Below, piece by piece: positions 30,760 through 40,611 of a DNA stretch of 64,000 bases (its first letter is position 1; each line of letters opens with the position of its first letter). The translations under genes were made by a program, and so were the position numbers. The notes below the pieces were generated by a model that was not told the origin of the DNA, did no database searches, and was given only the letters and a program-made list of their open reading frames with translations. Origin of the DNA: a virus; the IMG/VR virus record IMGVR_UViG_3300020183_000010; one strand, written 5' to 3'.

Positions 30760-32379
30760 TTATAGTGTAAATTCGTCTCCTCCTGTAGCTCCTTCAGCTC
30801 CTGTAGCTCCCTCTGCTCCGGTAGCACCTGCTTCAGCTTCAGCTGCTTTTTTCTTTTCCTCAGCTGCTTTTTCTTTAAATTTCCTGTTAGTTGTTAAATC
30901 TTGTCCTTTAACACCTAACCATCTATCTACTAAGAAATCCATACTGAAGTATTTTTTCCCTTGAGAGTTCATTAGAGCAGATATTTTAATTATTTGATCC
31001 TTTCTAGCTGTTAGAACCTCCATTTCTTTTGCTTCTCTGAACATGTTCTCTTTAACATAATCCAAACCAAACTCTGACTTTATTAAATAATCTTTTTTAA
31101 GATGTGGAAAATCCAAACAGAATTGAACCCATAAAGGCTTCATTAGTATCTCTTGATATATTGATCTTAACCTGTTTATAAATTTACCGAACCTAACCTC
31201 CTCTTGATCTAATCCCTCTGCGGTAAAAGTAATTGTTCCTTCGGATCCTGACTCCTCTCTACCGAATCTAGTAGCAGGTATTTTTGAATCCATTCTAAGT
31301 TTATTTGCAAAGTACTTAAGAACTGTTGTATCAGAGAATGCTGTAGCATCTCCTCCACCTGGTAAAGGTTGTATATCTGGGGTTCCGTTAGGAGAGGAAG
31401 GCATTAAATAGTTCTTAAAAAATTGAATCTTTGGTCTTCCGTCTACACTTAATTCCCCACTATCTGTATTAAGTCTTATATCCTCTTTATATATGGACAT
31501 TAGTTCTCCTAATGTCTGTTTAGCTTTTTGTGGGGATCTCGTACCAATAGGAACCGTCATTGCCATCCTGTATGATGAGTTCATTACGTTCCATATAATT
31601 CTGGTGTGCTCCATTATTCTAAGTAGATTAAATGATCTAATCATTCTTTCACAATAACTAACTCTGGATGATGTTCCTCCACCTTTAGCATAACTTATAT
31701 AAATTATCTGCGAATCATATAATTTTCTAGTTAATGATGGATTATCCGGATATTGTATCCATATATCGGTAAAACTCCCGTCAGGTTGTGATTCTACTGT
31801 TGGTATTAGTGACCAGGGATCTAATTCTTTAAACCCTACAATATTTTTACCTTTCTTGTCAAATACTATCTCAAAAGCTATATTTCCGTCTACTAGAAAT
31901 TTTCTGAATAAATGCCAAGCTGATATATCTTGATTAAATCCGAAAAGATTGTAGATCTCCTTATATCTTTTTTGGACTTTCTCATATGTTTCATCGTCGA
32001 CATCGTCATGCTGCATAAAAGAAAAATAAGCCCAGAAATTCTTTTCGTCATAAACTATTGACTCGTCGCATATAGTATCTAAAATAAATTCTATTTCTGG
32101 GTTTTGTGAAAATCCTTGGAGATAATGTCTTTTATTTTTATAATCCTTATCGAAATAAGCTATATACTGTTTAGTGGTTGTATCTGCTCTTCTTAAACCA
32201 AATAAGAAAGATTCGTCTTTTATACCACCTTTTTGTAGGAACTGAGCTTCTGTTATACCTACCGCTTGTGAGTTTTTTATGACAAGATCCTCGTAGGCCA
32301 TACCAAAACTGCCCACTTTCTTTATATTATCTATAATAGAACTAAAGAATGATTTTTTTTCGTCAGTAAATCCAGCCAT
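30760..32379 (-). CDS. Portal protein (T4 gp20-like), copy 1
   Basis: PEIEFILDTICDESIVYD, FNLLRIMEHTRIIW, SKIPATRF, EEVRFGKFINRLRSIY. Confidence 0.88.
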   Translation of the reverse strand: MAGFTDEKKSFFSSIIDNIKKVGSFGMAYEDLVIKNSQAVGITEAQFLQKGGIKDESFLFGLRRADTTTKQYIAYFDKDYKNKRHYLQGFSQNPEIEFILDTICDESIVYDEKNFWAYFSFMQHDDVDDETYEKVQKRYKEIYNLFGFNQDISAWHLFRKFLVDGNIAFEIVFDKKGKNIVGFKELDPWSLIPTVESQPDGSFTDIWIQYPDNPSLTRKLYDSQIIYISYAKGGGTSSRVSYCERMIRSFNLLRIMEHTRIIWNVMNSSYRMAMTVPIGTRSPQKAKQTLGELMSIYKEDIRLNTDSGELSVDGRPKIQFFKNYLMPSSPNGTPDIQPLPGGGDATAFSDTTVLKYFANKLRMDSKIPATRFGREESGSEGTITFTAEGLDQEEVRFGKFINRLRSIYQEILMKPLWVQFCLDFPHLKKDYLIKSEFGLDYVKENMFREAKEMEVLTARKDQIIKISALMNSQGKKYFSMDFLVDRWLGVKGQDLTTNRKFKEKAAEEKKKAAEAEAGATGAEGATGAEGATGGDEFTL

Positions 32380-32975
32380 TAGACTTTTGAATTTTTATTA
32401 TATATCTCATTTAACTGGGTCCCTTCAATTGACCTAGTATCCAGATATATTATTCTAGTCCAATCTTCGAAAGGAATTTCCACAACATCACGAACTTTTT
32501 TTAAATCCCATGATCTATATGCGTGTTTATATGGTATTCCCTTCAGTATGATATCCATTGTTTGATAATCTGTTTTAAAAGGAATCTGATCCCTGCCCTC
32601 ACCTCTTTCTTGCCTTTGTATATTTTTTTCTAACTGATCCTGAAATACACTTTGTACCCTCTCAAAAAATGATAATCTAAATACTGGGGGAATAAGTATT
32701 AAATCTAATCCGTTAAAAAGATTTTTCTTTTCGTAATTATCATATCCAGTGAAAAAAATTACGGGTCTTTTGTTTATGAATTTCTTACCATCTTCTAATT
32801 TGTCGTTGTACGCAAAAGAATAAACCTTTCCTTGTAAAAAGTTTAATGGGTTAAATTGTGAGTTTTTATTTACATAATTTTTTACCCAGTGCATAAATGC
32901 CTCTTCTGGTAAAGAAGTTAGCCCAGAAACAGAAAATTTATATTCCTCGAATTTTTTTCTAAATGGCTGTATCAT
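32379..32975 (-). CDS. DNA end protector (T4 gp2-like)
   Basis: GKVYSFAY...RPVIFF...GLDLILIPPVFR...EIPFEDW. Confidence 0.7.
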   Translation of the reverse strand: MIQPFRKKFEEYKFSVSGLTSLPEEAFMHWVKNYVNKNSQFNPLNFLQGKVYSFAYNDKLEDGKKFINKRPVIFFTGYDNYEKKNLFNGLDLILIPPVFRLSFFERVQSVFQDQLEKNIQRQERGEGRDQIPFKTDYQTMDIILKGIPYKHAYRSWDLKKVRDVVEIPFEDWTRIIYLDTRSIEGTQLNEIYNKNSKV

Positions 32976-33457
32976 CTCATTATAAAGCTTTCGTTGATAG
33001 CACCGAATTTATATCCTCTAGATTCAGCAAATCTAGTTGCTGCTTCAAACTTAGCTCTATTTGTTATCCACGTCTTAAGTTTTTCGTTATAAGATCTTAT
33101 CTTTTTTTCTGTTAGATTTCCGACGGGCTCTTTGGGTCTTTTATGAAGTGCATACTGATCTTCTGGTTTTATTTCTATTAACCAGTTTTCTAAAATTTCG
33201 CCCTTCTGTACTTGTATGTAGTAATCTACAAAATATTTGTGCTCTTTTTTGTCTATAGGACTCCAATAGGGAATTCCTGTTGGTTCTGAACTCCATTTTG
33301 TTATGTTGGGATTAATATCACAATATTGACAAAATTTCCTTTCCCAGGAGCTTCTATATATTATATTATATATGTCCCCAATATACTTTTCCGGATTAAC
33401 TGGGGAATACTTACCAGATTTCCAGTTCCCATTGGGCTTTAGTTTTTTTATGTCCAC
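32972..33457 (-). CDS. Head completion nuclease (T4 gp4-like, TnsA fold)
   Basis: NPEKYIGD, IYRSSWERKF, WSSE, YFVDY, LIEIKP, NRAKFEAA. Confidence 0.9.
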   Translation of the reverse strand: MDIKKLKPNGNWKSGKYSPVNPEKYIGDIYNIIYRSSWERKFCQYCDINPNITKWSSEPTGIPYWSPIDKKEHKYFVDYYIQVQKGEILENWLIEIKPEDQYALHKRPKEPVGNLTEKKIRSYNEKLKTWITNRAKFEAATRFAESRGYKFGAINESFIMR

Positions 33458-33459
33458 AA

Positions 33460-33816
33460 TTATACATTATAATTGGAATTCTCCTCTCTTACTATTCTAG
33501 AAAAAGGAATAGTCTTAGGGGATTTTGGTGGATGTATTTTTTTCCATCCTTTTTTCATTCCATTGTGTGCTATCTGGGATATAAAAGCAAAAGGATTATC
33601 AGACTTAGCTGGATCATATCGATTCCAATATTTAACTAAGTCTTCCAGTCCTGAAGATATGCAATCTTCTCTGTCTTCATTATCTCGGTAGGAATGTGTC
33701 TTGGACATACCGTTTACTATGAGAGTAAACATCTTAACGGTCTCATCTGTTAATTGACCTTTTTCTTTGCTTTCTAGAAGAGCTCTTTTTAGCTCTTTGT
33801 TTTTTACGTATATCAT
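33460..33816 (-). CDS. Late sigma factor (T4 gp55-like)
   Basis: YVKNKEL, YDPAKSDNPFAFISQIAHN. Confidence 0.8.
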   Translation of the reverse strand: MIYVKNKELKRALLESKEKGQLTDETVKMFTLIVNGMSKTHSYRDNEDREDCISSGLEDLVKYWNRYDPAKSDNPFAFISQIAHNGMKKGWKKIHPPKSPKTIPFSRIVREENSNYNV

Positions 33817-34067
33817 TCTTGTTCGGGAATATTATTTTGGAGCTTTTCTATCTGTTGTTCTAAATTAACCCTTAATTCTTCCAAATTTTTCCTCGAATTT
33901 CTAATTGTGTCTATACCTATCTTACCGTTTTCTTCACTAGAAGTTTCTAATTCTTTAATCTTTTCTAGACAATTTTTCAAATCATCTAAAACAAAATTGA
34001 GTCTATTGCCAACCCCCTCGTCTGGGTCTTTGGCAACAGACTCATTTATTGATTCCTTAATTACTAC
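33813..34067 (-). CDS. 84-aa ATG-less ORF in the -1 frame of the 772-aa gene (putative frameshift extension; missing from the ORF track)
   Basis: VVIKESINESVAKDPDEGVGNRLNFVLDDLKNCLEKIKELE...IPEQE*. Begins at the A AAA AAG site; its TGA overlaps the gp55 ATG (ATGA). Confidence 0.75.
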   Translation of the reverse strand, partial: VVIKESINESVAKDPDEGVGNRLNFVLDDLKNCLEKIKELETSSEENGKIGIDTIRNSRKNLEELRVNLEQQIEKLQNNIPEQE

Positions 34068-36382
34068 TTTTTTTTTGTTTTAGGAGCGGAAGCAAATCCT
34101 GCTACAGAATCTTTCTCTGCAAATCTTTTCCCGTTCTTTTTGCTGTTTCCGTGTGCGTCTGCGAAGTTAAAGTCGTCTTCATCCTCCATAAACTTTTTAG
34201 ATTTTTCAGCTTTACCCTTAGGAGCTTTTTCTATGTGAGAATTTTTTTGGCTTTCCTTAAGAGTAGCTAAATTCATATTTTTAAGATCCTGGATAAATTT
34301 AGCTGATCCTTTTAATGATGCACTTGGTGCTTTAGCTAAATCAAGATTTTCTAAATCGTCTATGAATTTTTTTCCACTTCCACCTTTTCCTTTGCTAGGA
34401 AGATCTGCCATATTAGCAGTTTTTGATTTAACCCCCCTTCCTGTTAAAGGAGCCGATTTACCGCTCTTAGGTAAACCTGCCATAGTTCCTTTATCGTTGT
34501 TTATAAACTTAGGAGAGGATCCAGTTTTTTTGTCTGGAGCTTGGGCCATATGTTTTTTAGAGAGACTCTCAATTCTAGAATCTTTGTGAGATCCCCCTCT
34601 ATTTCCTGGAGCGTTTGCAAAGTTCTGGTTAGACTCGTTTGTGTATTCTAAATCCAAGTCTGGGGCTTTAATATCGTAACGATCAATCTCATCCTCTAAA
34701 TCTTCAACATCTGAGAAGAAGTATTCCCCGGTTTTACCTTCTTTGAAAAGGATAGTATATGTTTTAGAGCTTCCGTCTACTCCAATAACTCTACCTTTGT
34801 TACCGTTTCTTTTAATTCTAACCTCTGTATCGATAGGATAACCAAGATCTTCATTAACTGAAGGAATTTCTTTTGCTTTATTTTCAAATCTAGATATCTC
34901 TAGATTTATTTGATTCCATCTATCTTGAAGAGAAGATATCTCATCATGTATACTTTCTTCTAAAGCTACAAGTTCTTGCGATTTAGTAAGTAAAGGATTT
35001 TCCTTCTTAGCTATATCTAATTTTCTAAGTTGGTTTTCTAGAATTTCTACGTTTTTAATGATCTCATTTTTATCATTCTTCATAACGCTTAAGAAAGCTT
35101 GTTCTCCTTCTAAGAATTCTGTTAATGATTCAGAAATATCATATTTAATAAAATCTTTAATGATATTAATTGCTTGCGTTGCGTTAGCTTCGTAGATTTT
35201 GTTTAATCTCATAGCTGGATTAACTGTTTGTACATAAATTCCAGACTCAGTTTTAAAGATATTAGCTTCTACGTTTTCGTATACCTTAGATCTTATTTTC
35301 TTTCCAAAATCTATATCAACAATATTATCAGCATTCTTAGCTACGAAGACAGCTTTATTGATTTTGTGATTAGAGCTTTCTAATAGGTTATTAGTACTAA
35401 CACTAACAGCAACAGGAAGATCTGATTCATTTATTCTTTTTCCGTCAAAATAAACCTCCTTAGATTCATTAGTAAATACAATCTCTACCTTATTATTTCC
35501 TATGTTTAATGAAATCTTATTGTTATCTATTTTAACGTCTCTATCGCTAATTATTTGAGCTTGATCTGCAAGTTCGTCTGGTACTTCGTCCATGTTACAT
35601 TCTTGTAGAACACCAGACTCGTGATCAATCTTCAGGAATTTGCCAGAAGAATAAAATAATGTTTCACTTTCGTTAACCGTTATAGGTGAGTAAAGGTTGT
35701 CTATTTTACAAACATTGTTATCAAACCCAACGTGGAACTTACTAGAGTTATCATTTTCGTAAAGAGATAAAAAGCTAACTAAATTTCTAACTAAAGGATT
35801 AAATCCAAAGCTTTTTAATCCATGGATAAGAGTGTCACTAGATTTATTTTCAGAAAGTAACCAGTTTTTCATTTGTCCAGTAGCATCGGAAAAAAGCTCT
35901 CTCCCTGGTGCATTTTTAATGGATTCATATGCTTTAACGACTTCGATTTCTCTTCTTCTATTTTCGAAAATAGTATTTAGATTTTCTAAAACAGGAGCTA
36001 CTGAATTTTCCCAAGAGAAAGATTTAAGATCGTTAAATAGCCCTTCGATTATAAAAGCTTCAGAAATACCTTTTCCTAATAGTAAGTGCTCGTATTTTTC
36101 AAGTAAGATCTTACCTGCTGGAAGATCTCCTAGTGAAGAATTTTTTAAAGCTGAAACCGTATTAACTAGTCCAAAACTAAAAACAACGTTGTTTTTTGGC
36201 TTTGTTGAAATGTCAGGCATTTGTGATTCTTTAAGCATTTGAGCTGTTGAACCGCTAAGGAAAGAAGATGCAACAGGTTTTTTCTCTGACCCTAAACCAG
36301 CCCATTCTCTAAGAGAATCTGCAGCGTTTTTAGAAGTCTCCATATTTAATCTATTGATCTCTGGATTAATATTTTTTTCCAT
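34064..36382 (-). CDS. Large late protein, possibly prohead core/internal protein
   Basis: GATATATA upstream; many [ILV]-x-E-S sites like prohead-protease targets; coiled coil, SH3-like segment and C-terminal basic A.AP...KF repeats. Confidence 0.55.
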   Translation of the reverse strand: MEKNINPEINRLNMETSKNAADSLREWAGLGSEKKPVASSFLSGSTAQMLKESQMPDISTKPKNNVVFSFGLVNTVSALKNSSLGDLPAGKILLEKYEHLLLGKGISEAFIIEGLFNDLKSFSWENSVAPVLENLNTIFENRRREIEVVKAYESIKNAPGRELFSDATGQMKNWLLSENKSSDTLIHGLKSFGFNPLVRNLVSFLSLYENDNSSKFHVGFDNNVCKIDNLYSPITVNESETLFYSSGKFLKIDHESGVLQECNMDEVPDELADQAQIISDRDVKIDNNKISLNIGNNKVEIVFTNESKEVYFDGKRINESDLPVAVSVSTNNLLESSNHKINKAVFVAKNADNIVDIDFGKKIRSKVYENVEANIFKTESGIYVQTVNPAMRLNKIYEANATQAINIIKDFIKYDISESLTEFLEGEQAFLSVMKNDKNEIIKNVEILENQLRKLDIAKKENPLLTKSQELVALEESIHDEISSLQDRWNQINLEISRFENKAKEIPSVNEDLGYPIDTEVRIKRNGNKGRVIGVDGSSKTYTILFKEGKTGEYFFSDVEDLEDEIDRYDIKAPDLDLEYTNESNQNFANAPGNRGGSHKDSRIESLSKKHMAQAPDKKTGSSPKFINNDKGTMAGLPKSGKSAPLTGRGVKSKTANMADLPSKGKGGSGKKFIDDLENLDLAKAPSASLKGSAKFIQDLKNMNLATLKESQKNSHIEKAPKGKAEKSKKFMEDEDDFNFADAHGNSKKNGKRFAEKDSVAGFASAPKTKKK

Positions 36383-36443
36383 TTGTAATTCGCTTTTTTA
36401 GTATATATCTTACTTAATTAAACTTTCTATGTATTTTTATCTC

Positions 36444-36935
36444 TCATTGAATACTCCCGCCTAAAATAACATCCACGTTTACTCTAACCGAATGCGGATT
36501 ATAAAGAATCATCCCTCCATTGCTAAAAAATGGTGATTCTATGTCGCTACCGTTCGGATCTAAGTCCCATCCCCTGTTATTCGTATATGGTGATAAATCG
36601 GAAGGATTTCCTGTTAATATAGTAAGATTTGACATAGGAAGGTATGCACCATTGTATATTATGTTTATAAATCTACTAGAAACTGGTAGTGTAGTAGGAT
36701 ATGATGCTTTAATCATTATAAAACAGAGTTCCCCCATTCCCTCAGAGTTTAAAACTAGACTTGAATTTCCGTACACACATCCACTAAAACTTGAGTAATT
36801 TCCAATTTCGATGATTGTATCACAGAGGCTCATCTCTTTAATAACAGTTGTTCCTCTAATAACCTGAAGATTACATCTTTGAAAAATAGCTCCTTCAAAT
36901 TGGATTGGATCACATACTAGGGGTGGTGTAGCCAT
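36444..36935 (-). CDS. Hypothetical structural protein, paralog of 36935..37519
   Basis: Shared FQ.CNL.V, LCD, L..LTG, GWDL and GG...NP motifs. Confidence 0.65.
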   Translation of the reverse strand: MATPPLVCDPIQFEGAIFQRCNLQVIRGTTVIKEMSLCDTIIEIGNYSSFSGCVYGNSSLVLNSEGMGELCFIMIKASYPTTLPVSSRFINIIYNGAYLPMSNLTILTGNPSDLSPYTNNRGWDLDPNGSDIESPFFSNGGMILYNPHSVRVNVDVILGGSIQ

Positions 36936-37519
36936 TAGTTAAAAATAAATATTTCTAGTTCAGCACTTTTTGAATCATTGGGATTGCTGAAAAGTATTCC
37001 CCCAAAAGAAAGATTGGGTGAAGTTATTACTGGGTATGGCTGAGGACTAAAATCTGGGCTAGGTGGGTTATTTGAATAATAGCTAAGATCCCATCCTTGC
37101 CATGGTATTTCTGCCTCAGTTCTTCCGGTTAGCACCATCAAGGTGTGCAAAGGATATATGTTTCCTTTGTATTCCCAGTTTAAATATCTTTCCTCTTCTA
37201 CCCATGATTTTTCATACCTGACTTTAACTACTATCATTTGCACTTCTCCTTGTGCTTGCCCAATTTCAGGAGCGGTTAACGTGTATGTTCCTAATGGACC
37301 TAAAGTTGCAGTTTTTTTACCAGATCCCCCACATCCACCTAATTCTGAGCTTCCTAGCGATTCTAGTTTAAAATCACAGAGGGGGACAGTGGTAAGAATA
37401 TTCGAACCCTCTTTTACGTCTAAATTACAAGACTGGAAATAAACCATCCTATAAACAGCAGGATTGCATTCTAGATATTTTACATACCTTTGATCTGTTG
37501 TATAAACTTTACCAATCAT
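36935..37519 (-). CDS. Hypothetical structural protein, paralog of 36444..36935
   Basis: Same shared motifs as the neighbouring gene. Confidence 0.65.
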   Translation of the reverse strand: MIGKVYTTDQRYVKYLECNPAVYRMVYFQSCNLDVKEGSNILTTVPLCDFKLESLGSSELGGCGGSGKKTATLGPLGTYTLTAPEIGQAQGEVQMIVVKVRYEKSWVEEERYLNWEYKGNIYPLHTLMVLTGRTEAEIPWQGWDLSYYSNNPPSPDFSPQPYPVITSPNLSFGGILFSNPNDSKSAELEIFIFN

Positions 37520-38757
37520 CTTAAATTTAAGGGATTTGAATCCCCTAGGTTATTTCTAAGGCCTTCTCTAGAGTTCTTTACGTCGGGATTTCCCCTGAAT
37601 TTATCTCTAACACTCTTTAATCTGTTCGGAACTGATGAAGGCTTATTGTATTTATCCGGATTCTCTACTTTATTCTCCTCTTTTTCTGTATCTTCTAATA
37701 CTTCTATAGAATTTTCTTTTTCTTGGTATTCTTCCTTCTCTTCTACAGATTTATAATCCTCATTAGATACGATATTGACATTGTCCAGGGTCTCTTCTTT
37801 TTCTTCTATAGGATCATCAATTACTGGGGGAACTCCTTGGGTATCCTCCTTTTTGTTTAACTTATCTTCATTTTTATTAAACAAAGATATCCTATTCCAT
37901 AATTTTTTAATAGAATTTTCTTTTTCTTCCATCTTTTCTTCTTTCTCTTTTTTATTTTCTTTTTCGTTCATTTCAAATGCAAAGTTAGCAGCTATTACTA
38001 AAGCAATAGCCAAAGGATCGAATACTAGCATTAGAATTATTATGTACCAATTAACTACTCTATCAATGCTGCTGCCGGTTAATGTAGCAATATATTTTAG
38101 TGGGCCAACCTCCTTTGCTAAATCAGCATTAGAAGAAACACCAAATTTTTGTTGCTCTATGGACGATATTCTTGTATTTTTAGATGATATAGAATCATTT
38201 AAAATTGATATCTCTGAGTCCATCCTTTTTATTTCCGAGTCAATATCTTTTATTTGCTGTCTTACTGCAGTTGTAGATTTAGACTTCTCTATAAGAACAT
38301 CTTGTGTGGATTGAAGATTTGTTCTTATTGTAGTTAATTGTCCTAGCCTATCGCTTTTTTGTTTTATCTGTGATTCGAAGTTTTTAATCTCAGTTTTTAC
38401 TATATAAATATTTTTATCGAGTATTTCTATATTTTTATCCTGGTTCTGTACTTTAAATGAGGTTTCCTGATAAGCTGAGGATAAAAATCCATATATTCCA
38501 GCGGATGTTATTATTATCAATATTAAAGTTGCAATTGAAAGGTATAATTTTAATCCAAGATTTAACTTCTTCCAGTATTGATATAAGAGTGAAGCAGTAA
38601 CAAGTTTAGCAAATTCTAAACTACCTGCTAAAACCATTACTTGTAATGATGCACCGGCAAACATTTTACCAAGTCCTGTAACGGAATAGAAAGCTGCGGA
38701 TCCAGAAACAGATAATGCTGATAGGGATATTATCCAGGGCAATAATTTCTTTTTCAT
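37516..38757 (-). CDS. Membrane protein with 3+1 TM helices and a long coiled coil (start likely at MKKKLL, 38757)
   Basis: Hydrophobic N-terminus (AAFYSVTGL, LEFAKLVTASLLY, TSAGIYGFLS), coiled coil, EVGPLKYIA, LVFDPLAIALV; GATATATA at 38765. Confidence 0.75.
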   Translation of the reverse strand: MKKKLLPWIISLSALSVSGSAAFYSVTGLGKMFAGASLQVMVLAGSLEFAKLVTASLLYQYWKKLNLGLKLYLSIATLILIIITSAGIYGFLSSAYQETSFKVQNQDKNIEILDKNIYIVKTEIKNFESQIKQKSDRLGQLTTIRTNLQSTQDVLIEKSKSTTAVRQQIKDIDSEIKRMDSEISILNDSISSKNTRISSIEQQKFGVSSNADLAKEVGPLKYIATLTGSSIDRVVNWYIIILMLVFDPLAIALVIAANFAFEMNEKENKKEKEEKMEEKENSIKKLWNRISLFNKNEDKLNKKEDTQGVPPVIDDPIEEKEETLDNVNIVSNEDYKSVEEKEEYQEKENSIEVLEDTEKEENKVENPDKYNKPSSVPNRLKSVRDKFRGNPDVKNSREGLRNNLGDSNPLNLR

Positions 38758-38775
38758 ACTTAAGTATATATCCAC

Positions 38776-38806
38776 AAAAAAAGACTGACGTTAATGCCAG
38801 TCTTTT
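38776..38806 (-). terminator. Intrinsic terminator
   Basis: aaaaagactggc-attaac-gtcagtc followed by a T-run on the minus strand. Confidence 0.75.
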
Positions 38807-38827
38807 TAGTAGTATAGGTATAGAATA

Positions 38828-39331
38828 TTATTCTAATTCAATTCCTTGCTCTGCAGCAGCTAATTGTTTTTCTAGATCTTTTAAAACAGTATTGTCTTGC
38901 TGGATAAGAACTAAGCTTTCTTCAAAAGTTTTCCAAAGAGTAATAAATGAGCTGATTTCTGAATCTCCTTTTCCTGCCCATTTCATTAAAAAGTAATGAG
39001 ATGCCTCAACCTCTAGGTTTGTGAAATAAACCACTCCACTCTTGATGCCTTCATTTTTAATAGCTTGGATTCTTTTTAGAATTTCGGTAACACCTAAAGC
39101 TTCTTTAGATCTCCACTCTACTTCCTCTTTCATATACTGCTCGAATCTTTTTAAAAGATCCTTGTCCATTCTAACAGCATATTCCTTATCCTTTAAACTA
39201 TTTTTGTAGTTTTCTAAATCTTTCTTAATGGATTCTACCTTCTCATTATCAACCTTACTTATAAATTTTTCAAGTACTGCTTCATTTTGAGCTTCCATTA
39301 CTTCTGGCTCTGATTGTGATTTTTTTCCCAT
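38828..39331 (-). CDS. Hypothetical protein
   Basis: 167-aa ORF with its own AAAC-N18-TATAA motif. Confidence 0.7.
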   Translation of the reverse strand: MGKKSQSEPEVMEAQNEAVLEKFISKVDNEKVESIKKDLENYKNSLKDKEYAVRMDKDLLKRFEQYMKEEVEWRSKEALGVTEILKRIQAIKNEGIKSGVVYFTNLEVEASHYFLMKWAGKGDSEISSFITLWKTFEESLVLIQQDNTVLKDLEKQLAAAEQGIELE

Positions 39332-39373
39332 TTTAATTTTTTATTTTATATCGGTTATTATTGAATAAGTTTC

Positions 39374-40174
39374 TTATATTCCATTAATTTCCCTGAATTT
39401 TTTGGCAAGATCTATAAATTGACCTAGATAATCTTTTAGTTCATAATCATGAACAATAAACGTTTGAATATCTGAAGTTTGCTCATTAGCGATTCTAATC
39501 CTACCTAATTTTGGTACTTCATTATATTTCTCTGCACACATAAACATATATGCAGATATTTGTAATTTATAGCTTAATATATCTTCCTCGTCTTTAAGTG
39601 AGGTTGATGATTTAAAATCGTCAACTATTAAATAGTGTTCTTTATTTCGGTAAACGAAGTCACACGCTCCTGCCCATCCTCCTTTAAATGTTGTATAAAG
39701 AAAAGCCTCATTATCTACTACCTCTTCTATTTCCTCCCAAAAATTAGTATGATAAAAATTCCAAAATAGATCCCTTCCCTTGTTTACGTATTTAGCATAC
39801 TTTCCTTCGTCTCTCCTAGATTCCTCGATAGCAAATATTTGTGCTTTTTTTAAAGATCTATCAACGTCACCCTCTTTTGCCCATTCTAGAAGAAATAATT
39901 CAAGCATCCGGTGCATAACTGTTCCTCTTTCTGCTGCATCGTATAATATTTTATTCCATCTATCTTCTCCGAATTGAAGCTTTAGCGCTTCGTATTTTTC
40001 ATTCTTTACTAACTTTAATATGGTTGTAACAGAGGGTAAAATTAAAGGAGCTTCACCAGCTCCTTCTACCACGTAAGCTCTCCCCCAAGGAAATGCCTGC
40101 CTATTTATTTGTATATCAGAAGATAACATTCCATAAATATTTAATCCCTCCCATAGACCAACTAATAAATCCAA
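39374..40174 (-). CDS. PD-(D/E)XK exonuclease (start may be 40129, MLSSD)
   Basis: LPSVTTIL, AAERGTVMH, AGACDF, DDFKSS, YKLQISAY. Confidence 0.85.
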   Translation of the reverse strand: MDLLVGLWEGLNIYGMLSSDIQINRQAFPWGRAYVVEGAGEAPLILPSVTTILKLVKNEKYEALKLQFGEDRWNKILYDAAERGTVMHRMLELFLLEWAKEGDVDRSLKKAQIFAIEESRRDEGKYAKYVNKGRDLFWNFYHTNFWEEIEEVVDNEAFLYTTFKGGWAGACDFVYRNKEHYLIVDDFKSSTSLKDEEDILSYKLQISAYMFMCAEKYNEVPKLGRIRIANEQTSDIQTFIVHDYELKDYLGQFIDLAKKFREINGI

Positions 40175-40577
40175 ACTTATATTGAAGCCAAAGAAGAAAA
40201 AGGATTAAAATTATTCTGTAGATGATCCATCTAATCGATAGTCTCTGGAAATATGGACTATATACTATAAGATAAGAAACCGATTCAGGAATAGGGGATA
40301 TCTTTGGCATTATTACCTCCTGTAGATTTAATTTAGTAAGATATTCGTTCAAAGGTCTTGATTCCTCTAGAATATAAGCTGGTCTAATTTCTTCAGGAGA
40401 ATCAGGAGAGTAAATAACCTCCGGAGGAAGATTGACCACTGTGTATATTCTACCAATCCAATCGACTCTTAATTTAAATCTATCCCAATCTATAGATCCT
40501 ATGTTTTTCTTTATAGTTCTTCTTATAAAGAAGTAGTTCCTAATGTCCGTTATAACACGTTTAAATGGATATTTCAT
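40116..40577 (-). CDS. Hypothetical protein with C-terminal TM helix
   Basis: 153-aa ORF; IIYRIILILFLLWL. Confidence 0.65.
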   Translation of the reverse strand: MKYPFKRVITDIRNYFFIRRTIKKNIGSIDWDRFKLRVDWIGRIYTVVNLPPEVIYSPDSPEEIRPAYILEESRPLNEYLTKLNLQEVIMPKISPIPESVSYLIVYSPYFQRLSIRWIIYRIILILFLLWLQYKFGFISWSMGGIKYLWNVIF

Positions 40578-40611
40578 ATCAATTATATCTATATATTAGG
40601 AAAAGTTACAA

